Below are positions 11,555-24,895 of a DNA stretch of 64,000 nt, in pieces (the stretch's first letter is position 1; each line of letters starts with the position of its first letter). The DNA is taken from positions 41,540,001 through 41,604,000 of the forward strand of contig NW_027266319.1 of NCBI RefSeq assembly GCF_022045235.1, read 5' to 3'. The translations under genes and the position numbers were made by a program. The DNA comes from Haliotis cracherodii. Taxonomy: Eukaryota. The notes under the pieces were generated by a model, which saw nothing but the letters and a program-made list of their open reading frames with translations, was not told the DNA's origin and did not search any database.

Positions 11555-12039
11555 TTTTAAAAAGACATTGCCATCATATATTGAGCGAGACTGACGATTT
11601 TGAAACACCAGGGTTCGTCGAATTGACATCTCTGGCATCGTTGTCACATGGTTGGTTCATCGTTCATTTTGTCCATCATTCTGTATCTCTCTCTTTTCCG
11701 TTATCGAATATTTGGATATCAACAATTTCATTGCCTCTTTTTGAACAGTTCATATGTGAGTTTAATGTCTGGACATGTGTCATTTTAGTCTTTTCAGGGA
11801 GGGCTGTTCAAAATTAAATTAAATGGGGACATTATAAATGTATGGGATATTTGAAGGATCGTGTTTCATGTCAAAACATGTAATCTTATATATTTTCGAT
11901 GGTGGTACCAGTGTGAAGTATAGGAATATCAGGGTTCGACTTCCATGTAGAATACTTGTACATTTTCAACGCACATATATTCCTTCCGTTCAATTCGCAG
12001 CAGTTTTTTGCAGTTTGTAAACTTTTGCCGCATCTGATT

Positions 12040-15000
12040 AGAATAATAGAAATTGAAGCAAAATCGCTTTGTCTTCTTTTTCTAAAACATGCTGGATGTT
12101 GTCATTGATCATGTTAAGGTCCAACAAACACTGGAACTTGAATTCAGTTTGAAAAAGGAAGGATTAGGAGATGTTATTACAATTTACCGCACTTGGTATT
12201 ACAATTTGCCGCAGTTTGTTACAATTTGCCGCACCTGTGTTTCTATAGAAATGATAGAAATTGAAACAAAATCGCTTTTTTTATATTTTCTTAAACATGC
12301 TGGAGGTTGGAATTGATCATGTTAAGGTCCAACAAACACTGGAACTTGAATTCAGTTTGAAATCGGAAGGATTAGGAGATGTTATTACAATTTACCGCAC
12401 TTGGTATTACAATTTGCCGCAGTTTGTTATTATTTGTCGCACCTGTGTTTCAATAGAAATGATAGAAATTGAAACAAAATGGCTTTTTTTTTATTTTCTT
12501 AAACATGCTGGAGGTTGGAATTGATCTTGTTAAGTTCCAACAAACACTTGAACTTGAATTCAGTTTGAAATCGGAAGGATTAGGAGATGTTATTACAATT
12601 TACCGCACTTGGTATTACAATTTGCCGCAGTTTGTTACAATTTGCCGAACCTGTGTTTCAATAAACATAATAGAAATTGAAACAAAATCGCTTTTTTTAT
12701 TTATTTAAACATGCTGGAGGTTGGAATTGATCTTGTTAAGTTCCAACAAACACTGGAACTTGAATTCAGTTTGAAATTGGAAGGATTAGGAGATGTTATT
12801 ACAATTTACCGCACTTGGTATTACAATTTGCCGCAGTTTGTTACAATTTGCCGAACCTGTGTTTCAATAAACATAATAGAAATTGAAACAAAATCGCTTT
12901 TTTTATTTATTTAAACATGCTGGAGGTTGGAATTGATCATGTTAAGGTCCAACAAACACTGGAACTTGAATTCAGTTTGAAAAAGGAAGGATTAGGAGAT
13001 GTTATTACAATTTACCGCACTTGGTATTACAATTTGCCGCAGTTTGTTACAATTTGACGCACCTGTGTTTCAATAAACATAATAGAAATTGAAACAAAAT
13101 CGCTTTTTTTATTTATTTAAACATGCTGGAGGTTGGAATTGATCTTGTTAAGTTCCAACAAACACTGGAACTTGAATTCAGTTTGAAATTGGAAGGATTA
13201 GGAGATGTTATTACAATTTACCGCACTTGGTATTACAATTTGCCGCAGTTTGTTACAATTTGCCGCACCTGTGTTTCAATAAACATAATAGAAATTGAAA
13301 CAAAATCGCTTTTTTTATTTATTTAAACATGCTGGAGGTTGGAATTGATCTTGTTAAGTTCCAACAAACACTGGAACTTGAATTCAGTTTGAAATCGGAA
13401 GGATTAGGAGATGTTATTACAATTTACCGCACTTGGTATTACAATTTGCCGCAGTTTGTTACAATTTGACGAACCTGTGTTTCAATAAACATAATAGAAA
13501 TTGAAACAAAATCGCTTTTTTTATTTATTTAAACATGCTGGAGGTTGGAATTGATCATGTTAAGGTCCAACAAACACTGGAACTTGAATTCAGTTTGAAA
13601 AAGGAAGGATTAGGAGATGTTATTACAATTTACCGCACTTGGTATTACAATTTGCCGCAGTTTGTTACAATTTGCCGAACCTGTGTTTCAATAAACATAA
13701 TAGAAATTGAAACAAAATCGCTTTTTTTATTTATTTAAACATGCTGGAGGTTGGAATTGATCATGTTAAGGTCCAACAAACACTGGAACTTGAATTCAGT
13801 TTGAAAAAGGAAGGATTAGGAGATGTTATTACAATTTACCGCACTTGGTATTACAATTTGCCGCAGTTTGTTACAATTTGCCGCACCTGTGTTTCTATAG
13901 AAATGATAGAAATTGAAACAAAATCGCTTTTTTTATATTTTCTTAAACATGCTGGAGGTTGGAATTGATCATGTTAAGGTCCAACAAACACTGGAACTTG
14001 AATTCAGTTTGAAATCAGAAGGATTAGGAGATGTTATTACAATTTACCGCACTTGGTATTACAATTTGCCGCAGTTTGTTATTATTTGTCGCACCTGTGT
14101 TTCAATAGAAATGATAGAAATTGAAACAAAATGGCTTTTTTTTATTTTCTTAAACATGCTGGAGGTTGGAATTGATCTTGTTAAGTTCCAACAAACACTT
14201 GAACTTGAATTCAGTTTGAAATCGGAAGGATTAGGAGATGTTATTACAATTTACCGCACTTGGTATTACAATTTGCCGCAGTTTGTTACAATTTGACGAA
14301 CCTGTGTTTCAATAAACATAATAGAAATTGAAACAAAATCGCTTTTTTTATTTATTTAAACATGCTGGAGGTTGGAATTGATCTTGTTAAGTTCCAACAA
14401 ACACTGGAACTTGAATTCAGTTTGAAATTGGAAGGATTAGGAGATGTTATTACAATTTACCGCACTTGGTATTACAATTTGCCGCAGTTTGTTACAATTT
14501 GCCGAACCTGTGTTTCAATAAACATAATAGAAATTGAAACAAAATCGCTTTTTTTATTTATTTAAACATGCTGGAGGTTGGAATTGATCATGTTAAGGTC
14601 CAACAAACACTGGAACTTGAATTCAGTTTGAAAAAGGAAGGATTAGGAGATGTTATTACAATTTACCGCACTTGGTATTACAATTTGCCGCAGTTTGTTA
14701 CAATTTGCCGAACCTGTGTTTCAATAAACATAATAGAAATTGAAACAAAATCGCTTTTTTTATTTATTTAAACATGCTGGAGGTTGGAATTGATCTTGTT
14801 AAGTTCCAACAAACACTGGAACTTGAATTCAGTTTGAAATTGGAAGGATTAGGAGATGTTATTACAATTTACCGCACTTGGTATTACAATTTGCCGCAGT
14901 TTGTTACAATTTGCCGCACCTGTGTTTCAATAAACATAATAGAAATTGAAACAAAATCGCTTTTTTTATTTATTTAAACATGCTGGAGGTTGGAATTGAT

Positions 15001-16670
15001 CTTGTTAAGTTCCAACAAACACTGGAACTTGAATTCAGTTTGAAATCGGAAGGATTAGGAGATGTTATTACAATTTACCGCACTTGGTATTACAATTTGC
15101 CGCAGTTTGTTACAATTTGACGAACCTGTGTTTCAATAAACATGATACAAATTGAAACAAAATCGCTTTTTTTTATTTATTTAAACATGCTGGAGGTTGG
15201 AATTGATCATGTTAAGGTCCAACAAACACTGGAACTTGAATTCACTTTAAAATAGGAAGGATTAGGAGATGTTATTACAATTTACCGCACTTGGTATTAC
15301 AATTTGCCGTGGTTTGTTATAATTTGCCGCACCTGTGCTCAATAGAAATGATAGAAATTGAAACAAAATCGCTTTTTTTTATTTTCTTAAACATGCTGGA
15401 GGTTGGAATTGATCCTGTTAAGTTCCAACAAACACTGGAACTTGAATTCAGTTTGAAATAGGAAGGATTAGGAGATGTTATTACAATTTACCGCACTTGG
15501 TATTACAATTTGCCGCAGTTTGTTACAATTTGCCGCACCTGTGTTTCAATAAACATAATAGAAATTGAAACAAAATCGCTTTTTTTATTTATTTAAACAT
15601 GCTGGAGGTTGGAATTGATCTTGTTAAGTTCCAACAAACACTGGAACTTGAATTCAGTTTGAAATCGGAAGGATTAGGAGATGTTATTACAATTTACCGC
15701 ACTTGGTATTACAATTTGCCGCAGTTTGTTACAATTTGACGAACCTGTGTTTCAATAAACATGATACAAATTGAAACAAAATCGCTTTTTTTAATTTATT
15801 TAAACATGCTGGAGGTTGGAATTGATCATGTTAAGGTCCAACAAACACTGGAACTTGAATTCAGTTTGAAAAAGAAAGGAATAGGAGATGTTATTACAAT
15901 TTACCGCACTTGGTATTACAATTTGCCGCAGTTTGTTACAATTTGCCGAACCTGTGTTTCAATAAACATAATAGAAATTGAAACAAAATCGCTTTTTTTT
16001 ATTTATTTAAACATGCTGGAGGTTGGAATTGATCATGTTAAGGTCCAACAAACACTGGAACTTGAATTCAGTTTGAAAAAGGAAGGATTAGGAGATGTTA
16101 TTACAATTTACCGCACTTGGTATTACAATTTGCCGCAGTTTGTTACAATTTGCCACACCTGTGTTTCAATAGAAATGATAGAAATTGAAACAAAATCGCT
16201 TTTTTTTATTTTCTTAAACATGCTGGAAATTGGAATTGATCTTGTTAAGGTCCAACAAACAGTGGAACTTGAATTCAGTTTGAAATAGGAAGGATTAGGA
16301 GATGTTATTACAATTTACCGCATTTGGTATTACAATTTGCCGCAGTTTGTTATAATTTGCCGCACCTGTGTTTCAATAGAAATGATAGAAATTGAAACAA
16401 AATCGCTTTTTTTATATTTTCTTAAACATGCTGGAGGTTGGAATTGATCTTGTTAAGTTCCAACAAACACTGGAACTTGAATTCAGTTTGAAATAGGAAG
16501 GATTAGGAGATGTTATTACAATTTACCGCACTTGGTATTACAATTTGCCGCAGTTTGTTACAATTTGACGAACCTGTGTTTCAATAAACATGATACAAAT
16601 TGAAACAAAATCGCTTTTTTTTAATTTCCTTCTTGAACATGCTGGAGGTTGGAATTGTTCATGGAATTTG
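12040..16670 (+). repeat. Right subterminal satellite array, ~22 x 206-208-bp units
   Basis: CATGCTGGAGGTTGG recurs every 206-208 bp from 12088 to 16426, with a partial copy at 16638. Each unit has three TTACAATTT(A/G)CCGCA motifs. Confidence 0.95.
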
Positions 16671-16765
16671 AATTTGGTTCATAGTAAACGCAAATATCCA
16701 GAATTTAATGTTCATTAGTGTTTATCAATCAATCATTTCAAAGTCAGGAATGTGATTTCCAAACA

Positions 16766-16834
16766 TTACTTACTTACTTACTTAATTTGGAGATTTAACG
16801 TGCGCTTTCCGACTGATGCGTATTTCGCGCACGG
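16766..16834 (-). mobile_element. ~70-bp retroposed element with (TAAG)n tail
   Basis: 12-bp TSD GATTTCCAAACA at 16754-16765 and 16835-16846. A second copy is at 28167-28236. Confidence 0.8.
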
Positions 16835-16907
16835 GATTTCCAAACAGCTTGGTCGCACATTTTATACTTCATGCAAGTTTCTTTGTATATTTGCAAATCA
16901 ATAATCT

Positions 16908-17211
16908 TTATTACAATTTACCGCAGTGGTTATTACAATTTGCCGCAGTTTTTATTACAATTTACCGCAGTGAAGTTATTACAATTTACCGCAGTGGTTA
17001 TTACAATTTACCGCAGTTTTATTACAATTTACCGCAGTTTAAGTTATTACAATTTGCCGCAGTTTTTATTACAATTTACCGCAGTGAAGTTATTACAATT
17101 TACCGCAGTATGTATTACAATTTACCTCAGAATTACATTTTACCGCAGTGTTATTACATTTTACCGCAGTTTATTACAATTTACCGCGTTATTACAATTT
17201 ACGTCGTAACA
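16908..17211 (-). repeat. Right TIR plus extra motif copies (14 motifs)
   Basis: 16975-17211 is the reverse complement of 2350-2586. Three additional motifs lie at 16908-16975. Confidence 0.92.
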
Positions 17212-17216
17212 CGCCC

Positions 17217-17270
17217 CTTACGACAAGCATTGGTTACTGAAGACTTATTCTAACCCGGATCTTCAGTGGT
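17217..17270 (-). mobile_element. Family A SINE, 5' part (continues 2176-2349)
   Basis: CTTACGACAAGCATTGGTTACTGAAGAC...CCGGATCTTCA is the reverse complement of the SINE head. Confidence 0.85.
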
Positions 17271-18599
17271 AAATGTCTAAAATATGCCTAGATTGTGACA
17301 TATTCGCTCGTGATATTTTAACACAAACTATTGACACACGAGACGCAACTGTGATACCATTCGGCACAAGTGTGTGAGTGCATGTAGATAAATGCCACAA
17401 TCAACAATAATCCTAGTATATAACGGTGGCCTGTAAATATCAAAACAGTGGTTAATATAATGAGCAACGTCCCACGCCGTCGGGGTACAAATGACAAGCT
17501 ATCAACCGGACCATCCGATCCATTCTCATCGCCTCGTATGATAGACATATAGTGCTAAGAGCCTTTTTCATCCTTGAAATAAAGAAGGGAACATTGTTAG
17601 TGAGAGAATGTGGATTTACCTCGCACAAACTTAGCCGGGCCACGGTTTCATATATTGTGGGAATTGATGCGGCCAACCCGTAGTTATATGGCGTATTGAC
17701 CTACTTGCCCATGCATGCACAACGCATGTCATCTTGGTGAACTATGTCATGTATGTGAGTATGCTATAAGTGATTATAAGTTAATTTGCAATATTCATGG
17801 AAAGATGGAGGAAACCTACGAAACATTGATAGACACATAATTATGAATATAGGGTATGTTTTCACAACTATGCCTATCGAATTCACATATTGTCAGTTGG
17901 AATCCTGTTTCTCGATTACAATATGTGTTTCACGACATACAAAACATCGCTAGGACTCCTTGTTGATGTTTCGTTTAACACCATATGCATTATTTTGTAT
18001 CCCCGAAATCAGAATTTTTGCAAGCTTCTTCGAAAACATGTTTTTTAAGTGTTCTCTTTGCATGTAAGCAGCTGAATCTCTGCAGAGTTAACATAAATAA
18101 CATTAACAGTAATTCAAAGTTAACATATTGTTTTTAGCTTAAACAAAACAAAAGCGACAATCCCTTTCCATACAATAGAATTCTCTGCTAAAAGCGGAGC
18201 CTATTGTAGCATTCCGACAATACCATGAGCATGTGTTTATGAATCACTATCAAATAGTGAATCACTGCCAAAATCAGTAAACGCGCTCTCGTGTCACCAG
18301 ATTGTCTGGACCAGACTCCATTGTGTACAGGCCTACAGAGTATTGAAGTATGGCTGGGCCCGGCGTTATGTAACACACCAACACCTATTTTTTTTATACG
18401 AATTGTGTGAATTCATGCACTATTGCATCGCAACCCCGATTACCAACAGGGGCACCTGTTTGTCAAACAGTTGCTCCTGTATTGGCACCTGTCCGCCACA
18501 ACCACTATGTGTTCTCACGATTTCACGAACATATAATGTTGTTTCAGGGACATCTGCAGGTTTCAGTCCAGAATATCCCACAAACTCAAATTGATTTCT

Positions 18600-19760
18600 T
18601 GCTAGTCGCCCACTTATTGTTCCCTTATGAGTTCCTATTCTGTGTATTCTGGTACATCTGAAGTATCAACATTTATAGCATTAACATCAACAACAGTGGC
18701 GTCAACAGTATCTGGCATAACCTCAACAGGAGTGTCAATATCAGGCACGATATCTGCAGCATGAACATCAGCAGATACAACAACAGTGGCGTCAACAACA
18801 TCTGGAATGAACAGGAGCTTCACCATCAGGTACGACATCGGTAGTGTGAACATCATCAGGCACATCAAGAGTGCCGTCAACAGCATCTGGCATACTATCA
18901 TCAGCAAAGGGTTCAAGAAGTCTTTATAGGTCTTCTTCGTTCGTGGCTTGAGATATGCGGTTGGGGAACTCGTCTGGTAAAGAAGACTTCAGCCTACTTG
19001 CTAAGAAGACATCTTAATGGTTTCATGATATGATGTATCCATTGAACGTTGGACGAAGCGTATGCCATATCTATGCCCTCAGCCTGAGTTTCAAGTCGCC
19101 GCTGCTCCTCTCCACAGATCCCTGGCCCCGAGGATGTCGGGGACGTCCATTCACCAACACATTCATCCAAGTTCGAGAATAATCTGAGCAGTAAACTCTC
19201 TTCCGTTGTCTCATTGCAGAATGTGGGGTGCTCCAATGTCCAGAAATATGAATAAAAGTTCACGAGCGACTTCAGCTACAGCCTTGGTTTTCAAAGGTCG
19301 AATAACATTGGTGAGGTATTCTTGGTAATGTAGAAGAATCGGTAAGCGCCATCATTGACGGTTATCATGTCAATTAAGTCGACTTGACCTCTCTAGTTCA
19401 AATCCCTGGCAGATAGAGGTTTACAACCACACCTGAAGCTGTCTCCTTCCTACTACATTTATCAACACACCGCCCACAGCGACTGATGTATGATGAAATC
19501 AAACTTCTGGAGATATTGGCATACTTGTCTAACAGTTTCTTGTGCGTCTTCTTCTCACCACCATGGAGAGTTTCTGTGTGTGCATGTCTGATAAACTCTA
19601 CTACTGTTTGCTTGGTGACCAAGTACTTGCCGTCCTTCCTCGTCACTTTGTCAACTCCATCCATGGAAACAAGGGGATACTTAGTCAAGAAGTGGTATTC
19701 CTCCCTTGGCATGGGTTGTCCAGTCTTCCCTCGCTTGGGGACGTCAATAACTTACTTTCC
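18600..19760 (-). pseudogene. Decayed KRBA2/SCAND3-like (Ginger2) integrase
   Basis: An HHCC finger (HAHTETLHGGEKKT...YANISR...CGRC) is followed, across frameshifts and stops, by RGQVDLIDM, RPLKTKAVAEVARELL, GAPHILQ*DNGREF and GRPRHPRGQGSVERS. An acidic low-complexity tail lies at 18635-18916. Confidence 0.85.
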
Positions 19761-22049
19761 ACAGGGCGAGCAATCAGATACGTTGTCATCTATAACAGAA
19801 TGTGGGAAATGACAATGTTTTGGCCAGAAGTTTCACTTAACTCATACTGTATACGTAAAACACCAAATAAACGCGCGCATTGAGATGAAAGGTGAACTTG
19901 TTTACGTTCTACATCGCAGAAGGTTCTTTCAGACATTCATTCCAAAAAGGCTTTGATTGTTCGTTGAAATGTGTTTTTTACAGGACTAAAGGACAGAAAT
20001 GTGTAAATTCACCGAGTACTACCAATTAAAATACAAAAATGCAACTTCCATTTAACCTGAGAACTTCTGCTGCATATTAACAACCGTAGAGGGAATTTCT
20101 ACCTATTAGAGGAATATACTGTGTCCCCACTACACTTTAAACCTACATTTATATCTTCGCAAATGCGAAAGAAACAGATTATTCAAATTTTGACTGATAT
20201 AAAGATGACTATGAGTTTAACTCTCTCACACAAACACACCAATCAGCAGCCTGAATCATCCCTTTACAAACCGTGACGGGTCACATCAATAAATGTTGGA
20301 TTTTATACATATAATACACTGTACCTGACCGGTGCTTTTTCTATCCATAATAATTAATCGCTACTTTGTTTGTCCATAATAATTGACCGTTACTTTGTCT
20401 GTCCATAATAATTGACATGCCTTCATCGGAATTATTATTGTATATCTAAAAAAGAAAATACTATCAATGTTTAAGCTTACACCTTCTTCGTGGGTATACT
20501 TTACGGGGTTTTTTAAACAGTGTCAGTCTCTCGATCTTCTTAACCAAAACATGTAGCCAATGTTACCTGTGAATTCCGTTGTTTTTATTATTAAAGTTAT
20601 AGTACCAGGGATATCTGAACAGTTCTAAGTCGAACACATTGACTGCGTTGATAGAGTTGGCTGTTAATTATTTATCAACATCATCCCTTGCGAGATTCAC
20701 ACACTTTAGCTAGCGATACTGGAGTGCACAAGTACCATGTATTTTATGAACATTTCAATTGAAGCAGTGGCAGTGGAAGGTCTTGATCTTGGGTCATCTT
20801 CGAGGCTCCGCCTTTCCCTCTTGAACTCCACTGTCCACCCCTCTTGACAGCGACAGAGAAAGGAGCACCACCCGCTACAGTGACACTACACCGTGATGTT
20901 GTCAACATGCATGGTTGTTGAAGTTAGAGCTTTCAGTTGGGGATACTTGATGACTATGGGGTAGCCAATTTTGTCCATTTTAATCAACAGATAATACCTA
21001 CTCACTTCACTGCCTGCAGAAATATGCTGCCTGGTTGTGTGTGGTTGTCTCAAAAGCAGCCTGTAAGTGTGGACAATATTACCCATCACGTGTGTAATAA
21101 CTTTCCAATATTGGCACATGTGCATTACAGCAATTCTCGGTGCTGATTTGACAACTGAAACCATATGACCCGACAATGCTCCATTGTTGAGATAAAATAC
21201 GTTTGATTACATTACTTCAGCGAACTTTCTCTAAAAAATGTCCATGAGTGATGTATAGAATAACCCACTCGAAACTCGGAATTACGAATTATTTGTCTTC
21301 GTGAATGAGTCCTGTAAGTCCTCGCCAAAGGCTTGGGATGAACACCATTCATTCCCATGGGACAGTTAGTCCGTATTTCGGTTATTCTAGATCTCTTAGT
21401 GATGTACGTCCTACATGCAGACTGCTGAGGGTGTTAACGTCCTTTACCACTGTGGTAAAACCACTGCGCACAGTACAGTACTGACAGATCAAGAATTATT
21501 TTTTTTTATTCTAAAAGTTATTTTGTCCCAATATATGGAGAGGGTTGATTGGTCAAGTTAACCATTCAAACTTTATTGCAATGTTCAATATGATTTAAAA
21601 AATGATTTATTCAATATGCACTGTTGTCATATTTTACTTTCCTTTATAAACAATCGCTATCACATCACAGCAGGAGAAACACGATGTGCTCTCCAGTAAT
21701 ATTATTAGTACGTAAAAAGAAACTATGTAAATGAAATTTAAAGATTGTAGCTACCCTATCTGTGTTAACTACTTTACTCAAAAAAGGTTGCGAGTTTTTA
21801 CCAGTTCCACTTGTTAGCATGAGTTGTTAGTGGTATGTGCAGCTCGCTGCTCTCATTATGCGGATGTGGGTCGATACATTTCACCAGATGCACGGATTAC
21901 CACTTATGACGAAACCACTATCCTGTTGATTGTCATGAAAGTGTTTGCTCATTTCCTTGCCAGCACATACTTGTAGATTTATGTGATAAAATGTAGATGA
22001 TGAACCGTGAGAAAATTTAGATTATGGATCTGTAAGACAGATTGTAATT

Positions 22050-24895
22050 TATTATGGTAAAATGGGAGACAAATTGTAAATAATGTTAGTGAACCGTTAG
22101 ACATTGTTGTTTATGATGGTGAACTATCCGCCAGATTGTAGGTTATGATGGTGAACCGTTAGACCGATTGTAGGTTATGATGTAGAACCGTCAGACAAAT
22201 GTGAAGATTACGTTCGTGAACCATGAGACAGATTGTAGGTTATGATGGTGCACTGTAAGACAAGTTGTAGGTTATGATGGTGAACTTTGAGACAGGTTGT
22301 AGGTTAGGATGGAACCGTGAGACAGGTTGGTGGTTATGATGTTGAACCTTGAGACAGGTTGTAGGTTATGATGGTGCACTGTAAGACAAGTTGTAGGTTA
22401 TGATGGTGAACTTTGAGACAGGTTGTAGGTTATGATGGAACCGTGAGACAGGTTGTAGGTTATGATGTTGAACTGTGAGACAGGTTGTAGGTTATGATAG
22501 TGAACTGTAAGACAAGTTGTAGGTTATGATAGTGAACTGTAAGACAAGTTGTAGGTTATGATGGTGAACTGTGAGACAGATTGTAGGTTATGATGGTGAA
22601 CTGGGAGACAGGTTGTAGGTTATGATGGTGAACTGTGAGACAGATTGTAGGTTATGATGGTGAACTGTGAGACAGGTTGTAGGTTATGATGGTGAACTGT
22701 GAGACAGATTGAAGGTTATGATGGTGAACTGTGAGACAGGTTGTAGGTTATGATGGAACCGTGAGACAGGTTGGTGGTTATGATGTTGAACCGTGAGACA
22801 GGTTGTAGGTTTTGATGGTGCACTGTAAGACAAGTTGTAGGTTATGATGGTGAACTTTGAGACAGGTTGTAGGTTATGATGGAACCGTGAGACAGGTTGT
22901 AGGTTATGATGTTGAACTGTGAGACAGGTTGTAGGTTATGATGGTGAACTGTGAGACAGGTTGTAGGTTATGATGGTGAACTGTGAGACAGATTGTAGGT
23001 TATGATGGTGAACTGTGAGACAGGTTGTAGGTTATGATGGTGAACTGTGAGACAGGTTGTAGGTTATGATGGTGAACTGTGAGACAGATTGTAGGTTATG
23101 ATGGAACTGTGAGACAGGTTGTACGTTATGATGGTGAACTGTGAGACAGGTTGTAGGTTATGATGGTGAACTGTGAGACAGGTTGTAGGTTATGATGGTG
23201 AACTGTGAGACAGATTGTAGGTTATGATGGTGAACTGTGAGACAGGTTGTAGGTTATGATGGTGAACTTTGAGACAGGATGTAGGTTATGATGGTGAACT
23301 GTGAGACAGGTTGTAGGTTATGATGGAACTGTGAGACAGGTTGTAGGTTATGATCGTGAACTGTGAGACAGGTTGTAGGTTAGGATGGTGAACAGTGAGA
23401 CAGGTTGTAGGTTATGATGGAACTGTGAGACAGGTTGTAGGTTTTGATAGTGAACTGTGAGACAGGTTGTAGGTTAGGATGGTGAACTGTGAGACAGGTT
23501 GTAGGTTATGATCGTGAACTGTGAGACAGGTTGGAGGTTATGGTGGTGAACCGTGAGACAGGTTGTAGTTGATGAAGGTGAACTGTGAGACAGGTTGTAG
23601 GTTATGATGGTGAACTGTGAGACAGGTTGTAAGTTATGATGGTGAACCGTGAGACAGGTTGTAGGTCATGATGGTGAACTGTGAGACAGGTTGGAGGTTA
23701 TGATAGTGAACAGTAAGACAGGTTGTAGGTTATGATGGTGAACTGTGAGACAGGTTGTAGGTTATGATAGTGAACTGTGAGACAGGCTGTAACTTATGAT
23801 GGTGAACTTTGAGACAGGTTGTAGGTTATGATGGAACCGTGAGACAGGTTGTACGTTATGACGGTGAACTGTGAGACAGGTTGTAGGTTATGATGGTGAA
23901 CTGTGAGACAGGTTGTACGTTATGATGGTGAACTGGGAGACAGGTTGTAGGTTATGATAGTGAACCGTGAGACAGGCTGTACGTTATGATGGTGAACTGT
24001 GAGACAGGTTGTAGGTTATGATGGTGAACTGTGAGATAGGTTGTAGGTTATGATGATGAACTGTGAGACAGGTTGTAGGTTATGATGGTGAACTGTGAGA
24101 CAGGCTGTAACTTATGATGGTGAACTGTGAGACAGGTTGTAGGTTATGATGGTGAACTGTGAGACAGGTTGTAGGTTATGATGGTGAACTGTGAGACAGG
24201 TTGTAGGTTATGATGTTGAACTGTGAGACAGGTTGTAGGTTATGATGGTGAACCGTGAGACAGGTTGTAGGTTATGATGGTGAACTGTGAGACAGGTTGG
24301 AGGTTATGATGTTGAACTGTGAGACAGGTTGTAGGTTATGATGGTGAACTTTGAGACAGGTTGTAGGTTATGATAGTGAACTGTGAGACAGGTTGTAGGT
24401 TATGATGGTGATGTGTGCGACAGGTTGTAGGTTATGATGGTGATGTGTGAGACAGGTTGTAGTTTATGATAGTGAACTGTGAGACAGGCTGTAGGTTATG
24501 ATGGTGATGTGTGAGACAGGTTGAAGTTTATGATAGTGAACTGTGAGACAGGCTGTAGGTTATGATGGTGAACTGTGAGACAGGTTGTAGGTTATGATGG
24601 TGAACTGGGAGACAGGTTGTAGGTTATGATGGTGAACCGTGAGACAGGCTGTAGGTTATGATAGTGAACTTTGAGACAGGTTGTAGGTTATGATGGTGAA
24701 CTGTGAGACAGGTTGTAGGTTATAATTGTGAATTGTGAGACAGGTTGTAGGTTATGATGGAACTGTGAGACAGGTTGTACGTTATGATGTTGAATTGTGA
24801 GACAAGTTGTAGGTTATGATGGTGAACCGTGAGACAGGTTGGTGGTTATGATGGTGAACTGTGAGGCAGATTGTAGAAATTTTTGGGTGAACCAT
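22050..24895. repeat. ~32-bp minisatellite (GTGAGACAGGTTGTAGGTTATGATGGTGAACT)n
   Basis: Direct tandem repeats over ~2.8 kb, degenerate at the left edge. Confidence 0.95.

Larger units (their letters stand above)
2350..17211 (+). mobile_element. Full-length Ginger-type DNA transposon (retroviral-like DDE integrase), 14,862 bp
   Basis: Ends are TGTTACGACG...CGTCGTAACA. A 5-bp TSD CGCCC sits at 2345-2349 and 17212-17216. The 237-bp TIRs have 2 mismatches. The central integrase ORF is intact, and removing the element rejoins a split SINE. Confidence 0.92.

Noticed and set aside
12040-16670. CRISPR-like array, or repeated small ORFs (MLEVGID...)
   Set aside because: The units are near-identical along their whole length, with no unique spacers. 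The ORFs shift frame with 206/208-bp units and contain scattered stops.
2350-17211. Polinton/Maverick or LTR retrotransposon
   Set aside because: There is no polB, capsid, ATPase, RT, RNase H or gag. The terminal repeats are inverted, and the TSD is 5 bp.
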